In this document: in pieces, positions 31,848-42,001 of the stretch | Layout: every line of letters starts with the position of its first letter | Numbering within the stretch: the first letter of the stretch is position 1 | Assembly: GCA_963816145.1 (NCBI GenBank) | Contig: CAWFJP010000014.1 | Span: 640,001-704,000 of the forward strand | DNA: 64,000 nt | Direction of reading: 5' to 3' | Source of the DNA: an uncultured delta proteobacterium | GTDB lineage: Bacteria; Desulfobacterota; Binatia; UBA9968 | Made by a program: the position numbers and the translations under genes | Notes under the pieces: generated by a model | Told to the model about the DNA's origin: nothing | Database searches by the model: none | The model's input: the letters and a program-made list of their open reading frames with translations, nothing else

Positions 31848-33977
31848 ATGATTCCATTTGTTTTAGTGATTAGCTGTCTGTCGCTGGCTTTTGCGGTGTT
31901 CTTGGCGCGCCAGGTGATGCAAAAGGACACCGGCACACCCAAGATGCGGGAGATTTCCGATGCCATTAAGGAAGGTGCCGAGGCCTTCTTGTCGCGGCAA
32001 AACCGCACTATTCTCAGTTTGTCCGCGGTCTTGGCGGCGCTGATTTTCCTCCTCTATGCCTTCGTGCGTACGCCGAGCACGGCCGATCCCGTGCCACCTG
32101 TAGAGTTGGCCTTTTGGACCACCCTCGCGTTCGTCCTCGGTGCAGCTTGTTCGGTGGTCGCCGGCTACGTCGGTATGTGGGTTTCGATCCGTGCCAATAT
32201 CCGCACCGCCTCGGCGGTGCGCAGCAGCTTGAACGAGGGCTTGCAGATCGCCATGCGCGGCGGCGCGGTGTCCGGTTTATTCGTCGTCGCCATGAGCTTA
32301 CTCGGCGTCGGCGGGCTTTACGCGCTGCTTGAAGCGCTCGGCCATGATCCGCAAAAGATTCCGTTCACAATCGTCGGCTACGGTTTCGGTGCATCGTTCG
32401 TCGCGCTGTTCGCTCAATTGGGTGGCGGTATCTATACCAAAGCGGCCGATGTCGGCGCTGATTTGGTCGGCAAAGTCGAAGCGGGAATTCCCGAAGACGA
32501 TCCGCGCAACCCGGCGGTTATCGCCGACTTGGTCGGTGACAATGTCGGCGACTGTGCTGGCCGCGGTGCCGATCTGTTCGAGTCCACAGCAGCGGAAAAT
32601 ATCGGCGCGATGATTCTCGGCGTCGGCTTGTTCCCCTACTTTGGTTTAAAGGGCATTCTCTTTCCGTTGGTGGCCCGCGCCCTCGGGTTGCTGGCTTCGA
32701 TCGTCGGCATCATGGTGGTCAAGACCAAAGAAGATGGCGATGCCATGGCGGCGCTCAACAAAGGCTACTATGTCACCAGCGCACTGGCGATTGCCGGATT
32801 CTTTTTTACCTCGAAGTCTTTGCTTGCCGTCGATGTGGCGAAGTATCCTGAAGCCGAGTCGGCGTGGTTCTATTTTTTCCTCTGTGGTGTTGTCGGCATA
32901 GTGATGGCCCAGGCGTTCGTCTACATCACCCAATACTACACGGAATATAAATATCGGCCGGTCCGAGAAATCGCCGAGGCGTCCAAAACTGGACCTGCGA
33001 CCAACATCATCGCAGGTATCGCGGTGGGCTTGGAGTGCACGGCGATTCCCGTATTAGTAATTTCCGTGGCGATTATCACCTCCTACTATCTCGGACTGAA
33101 CAGCGGTGTAAAGCATGCCGGCCTGTTCGGTACCGCGGTGGCGACCATGGGTATGTTGGGCACCGCTGCTTACATTCTCGCTATGGACACCTTTGGACCG
33201 ATCACCGATAACGCCGGCGGCATCGTCGAAATGAGCGGCCAGCCTGAAGAAGTGCGCCGCAAGACGGATCGTCTCGACGCGGTGGGCAACACGACCAAAG
33301 CCTTGACCAAAGGTTACGCCATCGGCTCGGCGGCGCTCGCGGCGTTTTTGCTCTTCTCCGCCTATCTCGATGAAGTGGCCCATTACGGTCATCCGTTGGA
33401 GGTCGTCAACATCGCCAAGCCGGAAGTGTTCGTCGGCGGATTGCTCGGCGCCATGTTGGTTTTCTTGTTCTCGTCATTTGCGATTCGTGCCGTTGGTAAA
33501 GCGGCCTACTACGTCATCAACGAGGTGCGCCGGCAGTTCAGAGAAAACCCCGGCATCCTTCTAGGCACGGTGAAACCGGACTACCGTCAATGTGTCGATA
33601 TCGTCACCGTCGGTGCCCTAAAGCAGATGATCGTTCCTGGTCTGCTCGCCGTGACCATGCCCATCGCCGTGGGTTTGGTATTCCGGATGTTCGGCATCGG
33701 CGCCGAAGCGGTGGCGGCCTTCCTGATGGTCGGCACCATCGCCGGCATCTTGATGGCGACCTTCTTCAACAACAGCGGTGGCGCTTGGGATAATGCCAAG
33801 AAGTTCATCGAGAGCGGTTTGTTCGAAGGCGGTGGCAAAGGGTCTGATCCGCACAAGGCGGCGGTCGTCGGTGATACCTTGGGTGATCCCTTTAAAGACA
33901 CCGCAGGCCCGAGTTTGCACGTCTTGATCAAGCTGTTGGCTACGATCACCCTGGTCCTAGCGCCACTGTTTGTCTAG
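31848..33977 (+). CDS. hppA: Membrane pyrophosphatase, probably K+-independent H+-PPase
   Basis: [40 protein letters not shown]; GNTTK (Lys) signature of the K+-independent class. Confidence 0.95.
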   Translation: MIPFVLVISCLSLAFAVFLARQVMQKDTGTPKMREISDAIKEGAEAFLSRQNRTILSLSAVLAALIFLLYAFVRTPSTADPVPPVELAFWTTLAFVLGAACSVVAGYVGMWVSIRANIRTASAVRSSLNEGLQIAMRGGAVSGLFVVAMSLLGVGGLYALLEALGHDPQKIPFTIVGYGFGASFVALFAQLGGGIYTKAADVGADLVGKVEAGIPEDDPRNPAVIADLVGDNVGDCAGRGADLFESTAAENIGAMILGVGLFPYFGLKGILFPLVARALGLLASIVGIMVVKTKEDGDAMAALNKGYYVTSALAIAGFFFTSKSLLAVDVAKYPEAESAWFYFFLCGVVGIVMAQAFVYITQYYTEYKYRPVREIAEASKTGPATNIIAGIAVGLECTAIPVLVISVAIITSYYLGLNSGVKHAGLFGTAVATMGMLGTAAYILAMDTFGPITDNAGGIVEMSGQPEEVRRKTDRLDAVGNTTKALTKGYAIGSAALAAFLLFSAYLDEVAHYGHPLEVVNIAKPEVFVGGLLGAMLVFLFSSFAIRAVGKAAYYVINEVRRQFRENPGILLGTVKPDYRQCVDIVTVGALKQMIVPGLLAVTMPIAVGLVFRMFGIGAEAVAAFLMVGTIAGILMATFFNNSGGAWDNAKKFIESGLFEGGGKGSDPHKAAVVGDTLGDPFKDTAGPSLHVLIKLLATITLVLAPLFV

Positions 33978-33995
33978 GAATTCAGTTCAACTGAA

Positions 33996-34028
33996 GAAGG
34001 CCTCTCCCGCGAGAGGCCTTCGCATTTT
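33996..34028 (+). terminator. Probable intrinsic terminator after hppA
   Basis: gaaggcctctc-ccgc-gagaggccttc followed by gcatttt. Confidence 0.7.
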
Positions 34029-34076
34029 CCGGCCGAACATTTTGTGCTAGAAATTGACTTGTTCAATCCCGCCCCA

Positions 34077-34165
34077 GCCCGGATGGTGGAATAGGTAGAC
34101 ACAAGGGACTTAAAATCCCTCGGTGCGAAAGCGCTGTGCCGGTTCGAGTCCGGCTCCGGGCACCA
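34077..34165 (+). tRNA. trnL: tRNA-Leu (anticodon TAA)
   Basis: Acceptor stem gcccgga/tccgggc; D-loop ggtagac; anticodon arm aggga-cttaaaa-tccct; long variable arm; ggttcgagtcc; encoded CCA. Confidence 0.97.
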
Positions 34166-34626
34166 TAACTAATTTAAAATGATTGCATGGTGTCTACCCT
34201 CTGAAGGTTCATGAGACTGTTGCGCGCGCTCATTGTCCCCAGACTGTGCCCAACAACTATCGATTCGAACTTAAGTTAACCAACTCAGCCGCTGGGTCTC
34301 GGTTCTGTGCGCGTTCTCAAGACGTGCGCGCTGCTTCCCGGGCATCATTATTGCCGACGGCATCAAATATCGGTCATCCCCTGTCGCCACTTTGCATCAC
34401 CGCTTCAATTGCCTTAACGCCAGCAAATGCTCGTTCGTCATCGGGCCTTGTTACGACGAGGCCAATTCCTTTTCAGGCCCGAACCCAGGCCGCGACTGCT
34501 TATTCGCCTACTTTAAATGAAAGTGGCGAAGGGAATTCCCTTCACGTTGAAAACTATAATAAGTCGGCGTTCATTCATGCTTATTCAAGGTCAACGACTT
34601 CGATGTACAATGATGCATAGGTGCCT

Positions 34627-34642
34627 TGGCATCCGTCTTGCT
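34627..34642 (+). promoter_or_regulatory. Putative sigma-54 (-24/-12) promoter
   Basis: TGGCATCCGTCTTGCT fits TGGCAY-N5-TTGCW, about 100 nt upstream of the ExeA-like gene. Confidence 0.7.
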
Positions 34643-34739
34643 CCAATTATATTCAGAACCGCAGGGGACGTAGTGTGTCCCCTTCGAGGGAGGTGTCGAA
34701 TTGACCGCAATTAATTTCCTAATCGAAGGATAAAACCGA

Positions 34740-36356
34740 ATGTACGAAGAGTATTTTGGCTTCCATACGCGCCCTTTTAGTATCACACCCGATCCGCGAT
34801 TTTTCTATGATACTCCGAGTTATCGCGAGGCCTTCGCGGGCTTGCGCTACGGCATCGAAGCGCGCAAAGGCCTCATCGTAATCACTGGTGACGCGGGGAC
34901 GGGTAAGACCAGGTTAGTCATGGATTATATGCAAAAGGCAGAGGTGAAGATCCGCACCGCCATCATCACTAATCCCAAACTCACCGCGACTGAATTGCTC
35001 CCGTTCGTGTTAAGCGAGCTCCACATCACGCCTTCCGCGCAAGAGCGGGGAGCCCTGACCCTACAGCTCAAGGAGTATCTACTTGAACAGTTCAAGAAGC
35101 ATCACATTGTTGCTCTACTGGTCGATGAGGCCCAGCAGTTGAGCATTGAACTGCTTGAAGAACTCAGGCTTCTTTCCAACCTGGAAACCAATGAGGAGAA
35201 GCTTATTCAGATTGTCTTGCTGGGGCAACCTGAACTGGAAGAAAGGCTTGATCAGCCCGAGTTGTGCCAGCTCAAACAGCGGGTGGCGCTACGTTGCCGG
35301 CTCGCCCGACTCAAAGTCCAGGAAGTTTATCTCTATATCCTGGCTAGGCTTAAAACCGCCGGTTTCGAAGAGAAGGCGTTGTTTGATCCAAAGGCGGTCG
35401 AGAAAATTGCGCTTTATTCGAAGGGAATTCCGCGGCTCATCAATGTGATCTGCGATAACGCTCTGCTCAATAGTTATGCATGTTCCAAGAAAAAAGTCTC
35501 AGCCGAAATCATTGAAGAAATTGCGCGCGACCTGCAACTCATCGTGCGTCCACCAAAAAAGCAGTCAAGCACAACCGATCGGGATGAGACGATCGGTGAG
35601 GGGAGAATTATTAAGGACGTAAGGCCGTTAACCTCGGTCTTACAATCGCCGCTGGCGGAATTCGAAGACTTTTCCGTGGCGGGGAAACCAAGACGCACAC
35701 CAATCCATCGGCAGCGGAGTCTAACAAGTTTGGCGACTGGATTTGTTTTTGGAGTTCTTGCAGCAGTCGGCGTTGGTGGGATTGTTTATTCGCAGTCAAA
35801 CACAAATTACCTTTCAGAGATAGCCGCTCGAATTTGGCATGAGGCTAGTTGGCGCGAGACCCTCAAAACGGGCGCGGTGGAGCCAGGGGCTTTGCACGAA
35901 GACCCGTCTAACGAACTCAAAGATGTTCAACCCGTGGCCTCCGAGAGACCGCCAATATCGACGCAACAGCCAGAAGACAGCAGATTAGGTGCAAACGATA
36001 AGTTGGTTCCGGAAGCGATCAGGACCGGCCCATCCCAAGCCGGCGATGCTCCAGATCGACCTCAAGAAAAACAGACGGTAAAAAACGATAAGAAGAACGA
36101 GGAAGCAATAAAAACGGCCACCAAAGGAACAAGCAATAAGTCAGCGAGTGACAGATTAGAATTTGACATACACAGGGCTATCGCTAAGTATGCGATAAGG
36201 GGAGTTGAAGTTTCGGTGATCGATGGCACAGTTTTTCTGGGCGGTCGAGTCGATACCGAGAATCAAAAAATTGCCGCCGCCAAGGCTGCGAGCAGCGTTC
36301 CGGGAGTTAAATACATTCGCGACCAAATCATTGTCAACGACGACTTTGCCTCGTGA
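34740..36356 (+). CDS. ExeA/GspA-like AAA ATPase with TM segment and C-terminal BON domain
   Basis: MYEEYFG...PFSITPDP, GDAGTGKT, DEAQ, LGQPEL, GIPRLINVICD; C-terminal VEVSVIDGTVFLGG.V...A...ASSVPGV. Confidence 0.88.
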   Translation: MYEEYFGFHTRPFSITPDPRFFYDTPSYREAFAGLRYGIEARKGLIVITGDAGTGKTRLVMDYMQKAEVKIRTAIITNPKLTATELLPFVLSELHITPSAQERGALTLQLKEYLLEQFKKHHIVALLVDEAQQLSIELLEELRLLSNLETNEEKLIQIVLLGQPELEERLDQPELCQLKQRVALRCRLARLKVQEVYLYILARLKTAGFEEKALFDPKAVEKIALYSKGIPRLINVICDNALLNSYACSKKKVSAEIIEEIARDLQLIVRPPKKQSSTTDRDETIGEGRIIKDVRPLTSVLQSPLAEFEDFSVAGKPRRTPIHRQRSLTSLATGFVFGVLAAVGVGGIVYSQSNTNYLSEIAARIWHEASWRETLKTGAVEPGALHEDPSNELKDVQPVASERPPISTQQPEDSRLGANDKLVPEAIRTGPSQAGDAPDRPQEKQTVKNDKKNEEAIKTATKGTSNKSASDRLEFDIHRAIAKYAIRGVEVSVIDGTVFLGGRVDTENQKIAAAKAASSVPGVKYIRDQIIVNDDFAS

Positions 36357-36443
36357 TAGTGTGTCACACGGTCGGGCGAGCCGAGGAATTGCGGCCAATG
36401 AATCACCTTGAACGAGAAGCATCAAGCCAATATCCTGAGGTAC

Positions 36444-36710
36444 TTATTTTTCTCGAATCCATTGCCACAATCGCCCAATTAACATAACACCCATCAATAG
36501 GCCGGTCAGCCAGCCAAATATACGCATCCAAGCAGGATGTAGGTGACCGCCAAAAAATGCGTAAATTTTAAGCATGATAAACCACGGCGCAAAGACAACA
36601 ATAACATAAGTTGCAACCCGACAAAAAATACCAAATGGTGTTTGGCTATCGGCCCGCTCATGCGCCTCTGATCTTAACTTGTCTAGTCTAATCGCTTCAT
36701 CTCGTGACAT
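36444..36710 (-). CDS. Small membrane protein with two TM segments
   Basis: RBS aaggag; 88 aa with two hydrophobic stretches; AT-richer than core. Confidence 0.6.
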   Translation of the reverse strand: MSRDEAIRLDKLRSEAHERADSQTPFGIFCRVATYVIVVFAPWFIMLKIYAFFGGHLHPAWMRIFGWLTGLLMGVMLIGRLWQWIREK

Positions 36711-37356
36711 GGCGGCACTCCTTTGTGCAGTTATCTCTAGGTGTGGCTCTCATGAGAAAGCCACGAATGTAGGGCTAACTAGGAATGTTCGGGTTAATTG
36801 CACCTGCGTTGTCCCGGAATGATTCTGTCTGCGAACGGTAAGGAGTAATCGGGAACCGTAAGCGGATTTGCCAATGTCGCAATCCTTCCATTTCTTTTTT
36901 CTTTGACGGGTCGGAGCAATACCTATGCCCTGTCACTTTCGCGGAAATACCGGCGCGATTAGATAAAATTGCCCTAGGCGGATCTCCCTCGTTGTCATTC
37001 TACGCTTGCCATTGCCTTATTTTGACAATTCAAGGCGGACGCGGACAATCTCCACAACCAGCTCGAGGTCATCCTGAGCGCAATCAAGGCATATGCAGCG
37101 ACCTGGCAGTATTACACCACGGCCGAAGTTGCTGGAAAGGTCGAAAAGAATACTTTCTTGCAGGTCGAGCACCACGGAGTCAAAGGCTTGGACTGTAGCG
37201 TCATTGGACTAAACCGCTTCGCGGTGGATGGGAGGGCGCTGTTATTGAGGCATTGTCGGTAATCGACTCGCTGTTTTTTTATCGTCGCATTATTCTTTGA
37301 CTCGGTCCCTGTGCGCAGTGATAGCCTCCGTGAATCTTTTCATTTAAGGAGGCTTT

Positions 37357-38193
37357 ATGGGGATTTTACGCGATCGAATGATCGAGGAGATGAAGCTACG
37401 GAATTTTTCTACGGCGACGCAAAAGTCTTACCTCTATGCGGTGACCCGGCTGGCCAAATATCATAAGAAAGCACCGGATCAGCTCAGCAAGCAGGACATC
37501 CGAGATTTTCTTGTGCATCTGACGGTGGAACGGAAAATAGCGCCGAATGGTCTGGGGGGATACTGTGCGGGGCTGCGGTTTTTCTACAACGACACCCTGG
37601 GGTGGGATGAGACCCAGTTGTTTATTCCGCCGCGCAAGAAGGTTTCAGTTCTGCCCGAGGTGTTCAGTGCCGAGGAGATCGTGCGCTTGATTGGTGGGGC
37701 CCGAGGTCTCAGGCAGCGTGTGTTACTGATGACCGCCTATTCGGCAGGACTGCGAGTCAGCGAGTTAGTCAATCTCAAGATCACCGACGTCGATGCGGCG
37801 CGCATGACGCTGCGGGTCAAGCAAGGTAAAGGCGGCAAAGACCGCTATGCCATTTTGTCGCAGAACCTACTTGTGGAGCTGCGCCAGTACTGGAAACGCT
37901 ACCGGCCATCGATCTGGCTATTTCCCAACCGAGCCAAAAATGGCCCGCTGAGCACAAACGAGGCTTGGCACATCTATAACCAGGCGAAAAAAAGAGCGGG
38001 GCTCCATAAGGGCCGCGGCATTCATACGCTGCGCGCCTGCTTCGCCACCCATCTTCTAGAGGCCGGAGTGGACTTGCGCTCGATCCAGTTTTTGATGGGG
38101 CACACCTCGATTCTGTCCACCCAGCGCTACTTGAGGCTACGGCCACATAACGTAGACGTTGCCGTCAGTCCGCTCGACCGGCTCCAGTTGTAG
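37357..38193 (+). CDS. Tyrosine recombinase (SAM-like N-terminal domain + catalytic domain)
   Basis: YSAGLRVSE (R), GKGGKDR (K), HTLR, LMGH, TQRY; RBS taaggagg. Confidence 0.93.
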   Translation: MGILRDRMIEEMKLRNFSTATQKSYLYAVTRLAKYHKKAPDQLSKQDIRDFLVHLTVERKIAPNGLGGYCAGLRFFYNDTLGWDETQLFIPPRKKVSVLPEVFSAEEIVRLIGGARGLRQRVLLMTAYSAGLRVSELVNLKITDVDAARMTLRVKQGKGGKDRYAILSQNLLVELRQYWKRYRPSIWLFPNRAKNGPLSTNEAWHIYNQAKKRAGLHKGRGIHTLRACFATHLLEAGVDLRSIQFLMGHTSILSTQRYLRLRPHNVDVAVSPLDRLQL

Positions 38194-38205
38194 AAGGCCT
38201 AAGCC

Positions 38206-39399
38206 ATGCTCGCCGGCTGTCAGCGGCCGGCAGCGGCAAGAGGCGGCGTTGAACTTTCCGATATTTTCCGCGCTCATGGCGAGTGTTATCGCCGCGCCCA
38301 TCCGTTGCCGGTTTCCCATCTGAAGGTCATGCAGGCGGTGGAACGCTGCCGCACCGTGGCCCTGGGAGGCCACCTCGAGCAGTGTGACTCCTGTGGTTAT
38401 GAGCGTCCTGCCTATAACTCCTGTAGGAATCGGCACTGTCCCAAGTGCCAATCGTTGGCCAATGCGAAATGGCTTGAAAAACAAAAATCAGAACTGTTGC
38501 CGGTGGGGTACTTCCATCTGGTATTCACCTTGCCGCACGAGCTCAACGGTCTCATCTTGGTCAATAAGAAAACCCTGATCAACATTTTGTTTCATGCGGT
38601 CTGTGAGACTTTGGCAAAATTTGCTCAGCGCCGTCTCAAAGGAACCTTGGGCATCACCGCGGTTCTGCACACTTGGGATCAAACCCTGTTGGATCATTTT
38701 CATCTGCACTGTCTGGTTCCCGCCGGAGCTTTGTCTTTCGATCAAAACCGCTGGATATCTGCCCGCCAAAACTTCCTGTTCCCGGTCAAAGCCCTGAGCC
38801 TGGTCTTCCGAGGTAAGTTTCTCGACGTACTCAAAAAGACTTTCGATCAAAACAAATTGCTCTGCGCCGGACAAATCGCTTCGCTAGCCGATGCTGGAAG
38901 CTTTGACGTTTTACTGCAAGGATTGCGAAAAAAACCGTGGGTCGTCTACGCCAAAAAACCTTTCGGTTCTCCCGGCCATGTCCTCGATTACCTCGGCCGC
39001 TACACCCACCGTGTAGCGCTCTCCAATAATCGCATCTGCTCGGTCCAAAACGGAGAAGTCACCTTCGCTTACCGGGATCGAAAAAAACAAAATCAGCGTA
39101 AACTCATGAAGCTTGACGCCCAGGAGTTCATTCGCCGCTTCTTACTTCATGTCATCCCCAAAGGCTTCATGCGAGTGCGTCACTTCGGTTTTTTGGCCAA
39201 CAACTCCAAAGGGCGTCTGTCCAGGTGCCGTCAACTCATGGGCCTTTTGCCGCCACTGCCCAAACCTCCCCAGCGCTCCACTGACCAGCTGATGCTGGCA
39301 TTGACCGGCATCGATATCACTCGATGCCCGCTATGCCAAAAGGGAACGCTGGTCTGGCGTGCCGATCTGCCCCTCCCCCCACCACAGGATTCTTCGTGA
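38206..39399 (+). CDS. IS91 family transposase
   Basis: Zn domain CDSC, YNSCRNRHCPKCQ; HLVFTLP; HUH HFHLHC; Y2 motif YLGRYTHR; RHFG. Confidence 0.94.
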   Translation: MLAGCQRPAAARGGVELSDIFRAHGECYRRAHPLPVSHLKVMQAVERCRTVALGGHLEQCDSCGYERPAYNSCRNRHCPKCQSLANAKWLEKQKSELLPVGYFHLVFTLPHELNGLILVNKKTLINILFHAVCETLAKFAQRRLKGTLGITAVLHTWDQTLLDHFHLHCLVPAGALSFDQNRWISARQNFLFPVKALSLVFRGKFLDVLKKTFDQNKLLCAGQIASLADAGSFDVLLQGLRKKPWVVYAKKPFGSPGHVLDYLGRYTHRVALSNNRICSVQNGEVTFAYRDRKKQNQRKLMKLDAQEFIRRFLLHVIPKGFMRVRHFGFLANNSKGRLSRCRQLMGLLPPLPKPPQRSTDQLMLALTGIDITRCPLCQKGTLVWRADLPLPPPQDSS

Positions 39400-40042
39400 T
39401 GTTCGCTCACCGACCCAACTCACTTCTCTTCCAGGCGCTCGATGCCAGAGCCAACGCGTTGGTGCGCCCGGTGTCATCGTTTTACATCTTCTTGGCCCAC
39501 TCTCACTTCGCAGGGACTCCCCACTTGAGATCCCCGGTTAACTCGAAAGCGGCCTATTCATTATACGATCACCACCACGGTGATGTTGGTTCGCCTCCCT
39601 GCCAGGGTTACAATCCCCATAGACAACCGTCCCTGCTTCTCCCACCGCTTTAGTCCAAAGGGTTTTAACCTGAATGCGTCCGAGATCTCTCTGCCTTTGC
39701 CCGTTCCCTCTGCGCTCGCATTCAGGTTAAAACCTATTCTTACAGTTCAATCCTGCGGCATCTGCCCACCACAAGTCGTGAGCGAAATCCTCAATCCAGA
39801 GTTGTTTGCTCACACTATTCCCACGATTCCTTTTTCGTATCTAAATCCGGCGTACTACGACTCATCGGCGCCGATTGCGAAATCTCATTTGTTACCGCAA
39901 TTATCTCTAAGTTCGGACAATTCAACAGAACAAAAACCTTATAAGTGCCAGGCTTGTCCTCAATTTTACATAAGCGTATAAGCACGATCGTGGCACGCAT
40001 GGACGCCTTAAAGTTCCGTGAGTGATCCCCAGGAGAAGCAAT

Positions 40043-42001
40043 ATGAATCTTCCGCTGGAACAAGAAGCCATACGAGCGAAATGTTTTCATCCGTCAGGGA
40101 CATTTGTCGAGTTCCCCATTGAAGATGTCGAGACATCGATCCCGGCACGCTTCGAAAAAATTGCACGGCAATATCCCGACCGGATAGCAGTCAAGATGGG
40201 GGGACGTTCATTTACGTATGACCATTTAAACCGGGCCGCTAACCGAGTCGCTAGGGCCATACTGGAAAAATGCGGGGATAAAGTAAGCCCTATCTTGGTA
40301 CTTGCCGATCATCATCCGGAAGGAATAATTTCCTGCCTCGGAGTACTTAAGGCCGGGAAACTTCTCGTCGCGGTTGATCCATCCTGGCCAATTGATCGAT
40401 TGACCTTCATGGCGGAGGACTCGAAGGCGGCGGCGATCCTAATCTATGGTGACAACCTTATTCACGCTAAAAACCTGGAAACTCGTGTTCGGCCAATTAT
40501 CAACATTGACGCGCTCAGCGGCGATATTTCCTCAGACAATATCGGTGTCACACCATCTCCTCTCGATCCGGCGAATATTCGCTACACATCAGGCTCAACG
40601 GGAACGCCTAAAGGTGTTATCCGCAGCCATTGCAGAAACCTATTCACCTATAGACTAAGCATCAATCGCGGACGTATTTGCCCAGATGACCGGATGATTA
40701 TTCTTAGGCCATTGGGGTTTAGTATTACTGACACCTTTACCGGTCTGATGGCCGGAGCTACCGCCGTTCCGTTTGATATCAAAGGTCAAGGCCTACCGGG
40801 GCTTGGCAAGTTTTTACATACAGAAGAAATAACCTATTTCATCGCCACCCCATCCATTTTTCGGTACTTCGCGCAAGAGCTTAATGACGGTGAGGAATTC
40901 CCACGACTTCGCATGATCAAGCTTGGCGGCGAACCGTGCTTAAAAATAGACATAGAGCTTTACAAGAAACACTTCTCATCAAACTGTTTTCTTCTTAACC
41001 AACTGGCTGGCAACGAAATGGGGCCTATTTGCGAATACTGGATTACAAAGGAAACAGAGATCGACACGCCGGTTGTTCCAGTTGGGTATCCGGTCGAAGG
41101 CAAACAGGTATTTCTGGTTGATGAAGAACTCCAGGAAGTCGGTGCGAACCAGACTGGTGAAATCGCAGTGTCTAGCCGTTATTTGTCCTCCGGTTATTGG
41201 AACAATTCGGAAGGCACAAAAGATAAGTTTTTGCCGGGCAATGAGAGTGTAGAGGCTCCGCTATATTTGTCGGGCGATGTTGGACGGAAGTTGTCCGATG
41301 GTTGTTTGATCTATTTGGGGAGGAAGGATGATCAAATCAAGATCCGAGGCGCCAAAGTAGAGGTCGGTGAAATTCTGGCCGTGATATCGGAACATCCGCA
41401 AATAAAAAATGCAACGGTTCTCGCGTTTGATCGTAATACCGGCGACAAATTTTTAACCGCATATGTAGTACCTCGTCATCATCCGGCGCCCACGGTGACG
41501 GACATTACCGGGTACTTAAGAAAGCGGCTGCCCGACTACATGATTCCTTCGGTATTCATGTTCCTGGAGTCCTTGCCATTGAACAATGGGAAGCTAGATC
41601 GCAAGAACTTGCCGATGCCAGATTCCGGGCGACCAGAACTCAGAACGCCTTACGCTGCACCCAAAAGCAAGATCGAGGAAAGGCTGGTCCAAGTATGGCA
41701 AGAAGTGCTCCAGATCCACCCAATTGGTGTTGAGGACGATTTCTTCGATCTTGGCGGACATTCGCTTAACGCATCTCGGGTAATATCCCGCGTGATTCAA
41801 TCATTTCAGCTCGACGTGCCAATCAAGGCATTATTCGAAGCTCCAACTGTGGCCGAGATGGCAACCGTGATTAGTGAGAGTCTCATTCAGCAAGCGACCG
41901 ATGCAGACCTCGCCCGAATCCTCGCCGAGGTCGATCCGATGACGGAGGCTGACGCTCAGCGGCTTGTAAGCGAAATTGATTCTACAATCACCAAAAAGTA
42001 G
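40043..42001 (+). CDS. Stand-alone NRPS-like adenylation-thiolation didomain
   Basis: YTSGSTGTPKG, GEI, SGD, GRKDDQIKIRG, LPDYMIP, NGKLDR; PCP motif FFDLGGHSL. Confidence 0.92.
   Translation: MNLPLEQEAIRAKCFHPSGTFVEFPIEDVETSIPARFEKIARQYPDRIAVKMGGRSFTYDHLNRAANRVARAILEKCGDKVSPILVLADHHPEGIISCLGVLKAGKLLVAVDPSWPIDRLTFMAEDSKAAAILIYGDNLIHAKNLETRVRPIINIDALSGDISSDNIGVTPSPLDPANIRYTSGSTGTPKGVIRSHCRNLFTYRLSINRGRICPDDRMIILRPLGFSITDTFTGLMAGATAVPFDIKGQGLPGLGKFLHTEEITYFIATPSIFRYFAQELNDGEEFPRLRMIKLGGEPCLKIDIELYKKHFSSNCFLLNQLAGNEMGPICEYWITKETEIDTPVVPVGYPVEGKQVFLVDEELQEVGANQTGEIAVSSRYLSSGYWNNSEGTKDKFLPGNESVEAPLYLSGDVGRKLSDGCLIYLGRKDDQIKIRGAKVEVGEILAVISEHPQIKNATVLAFDRNTGDKFLTAYVVPRHHPAPTVTDITGYLRKRLPDYMIPSVFMFLESLPLNNGKLDRKNLPMPDSGRPELRTPYAAPKSKIEERLVQVWQEVLQIHPIGVEDDFFDLGGHSLNASRVISRVIQSFQLDVPIKALFEAPTVAEMATVISESLIQQATDADLARILAEVDPMTEADAQRLVSEIDSTITKK

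Larger units (their letters stand above)
37188..39750 (+). mobile_element. Two-gene IS91-family element (tyrosine recombinase + Y2 HUH transposase); ends approximate
   Basis: Gene pair; inverted 10-mers at both flanks; 18-bp perfect hairpin at 39661-39734. Confidence 0.8.

Noticed and set aside
37357-38193. Integron integrase or integrase of the tRNA-Leu island
   Set aside because: Short (278 aa), lacks the IntI insertion, is tightly paired with the IS91 transposase and lies 3 kb from the tRNA; no attC array seen
39991-40006. Sigma-54 promoter for the A-T gene (tggcacgcatggacgc)
   Set aside because: GG-to-GC spacing is off by one and the -12 element is poor
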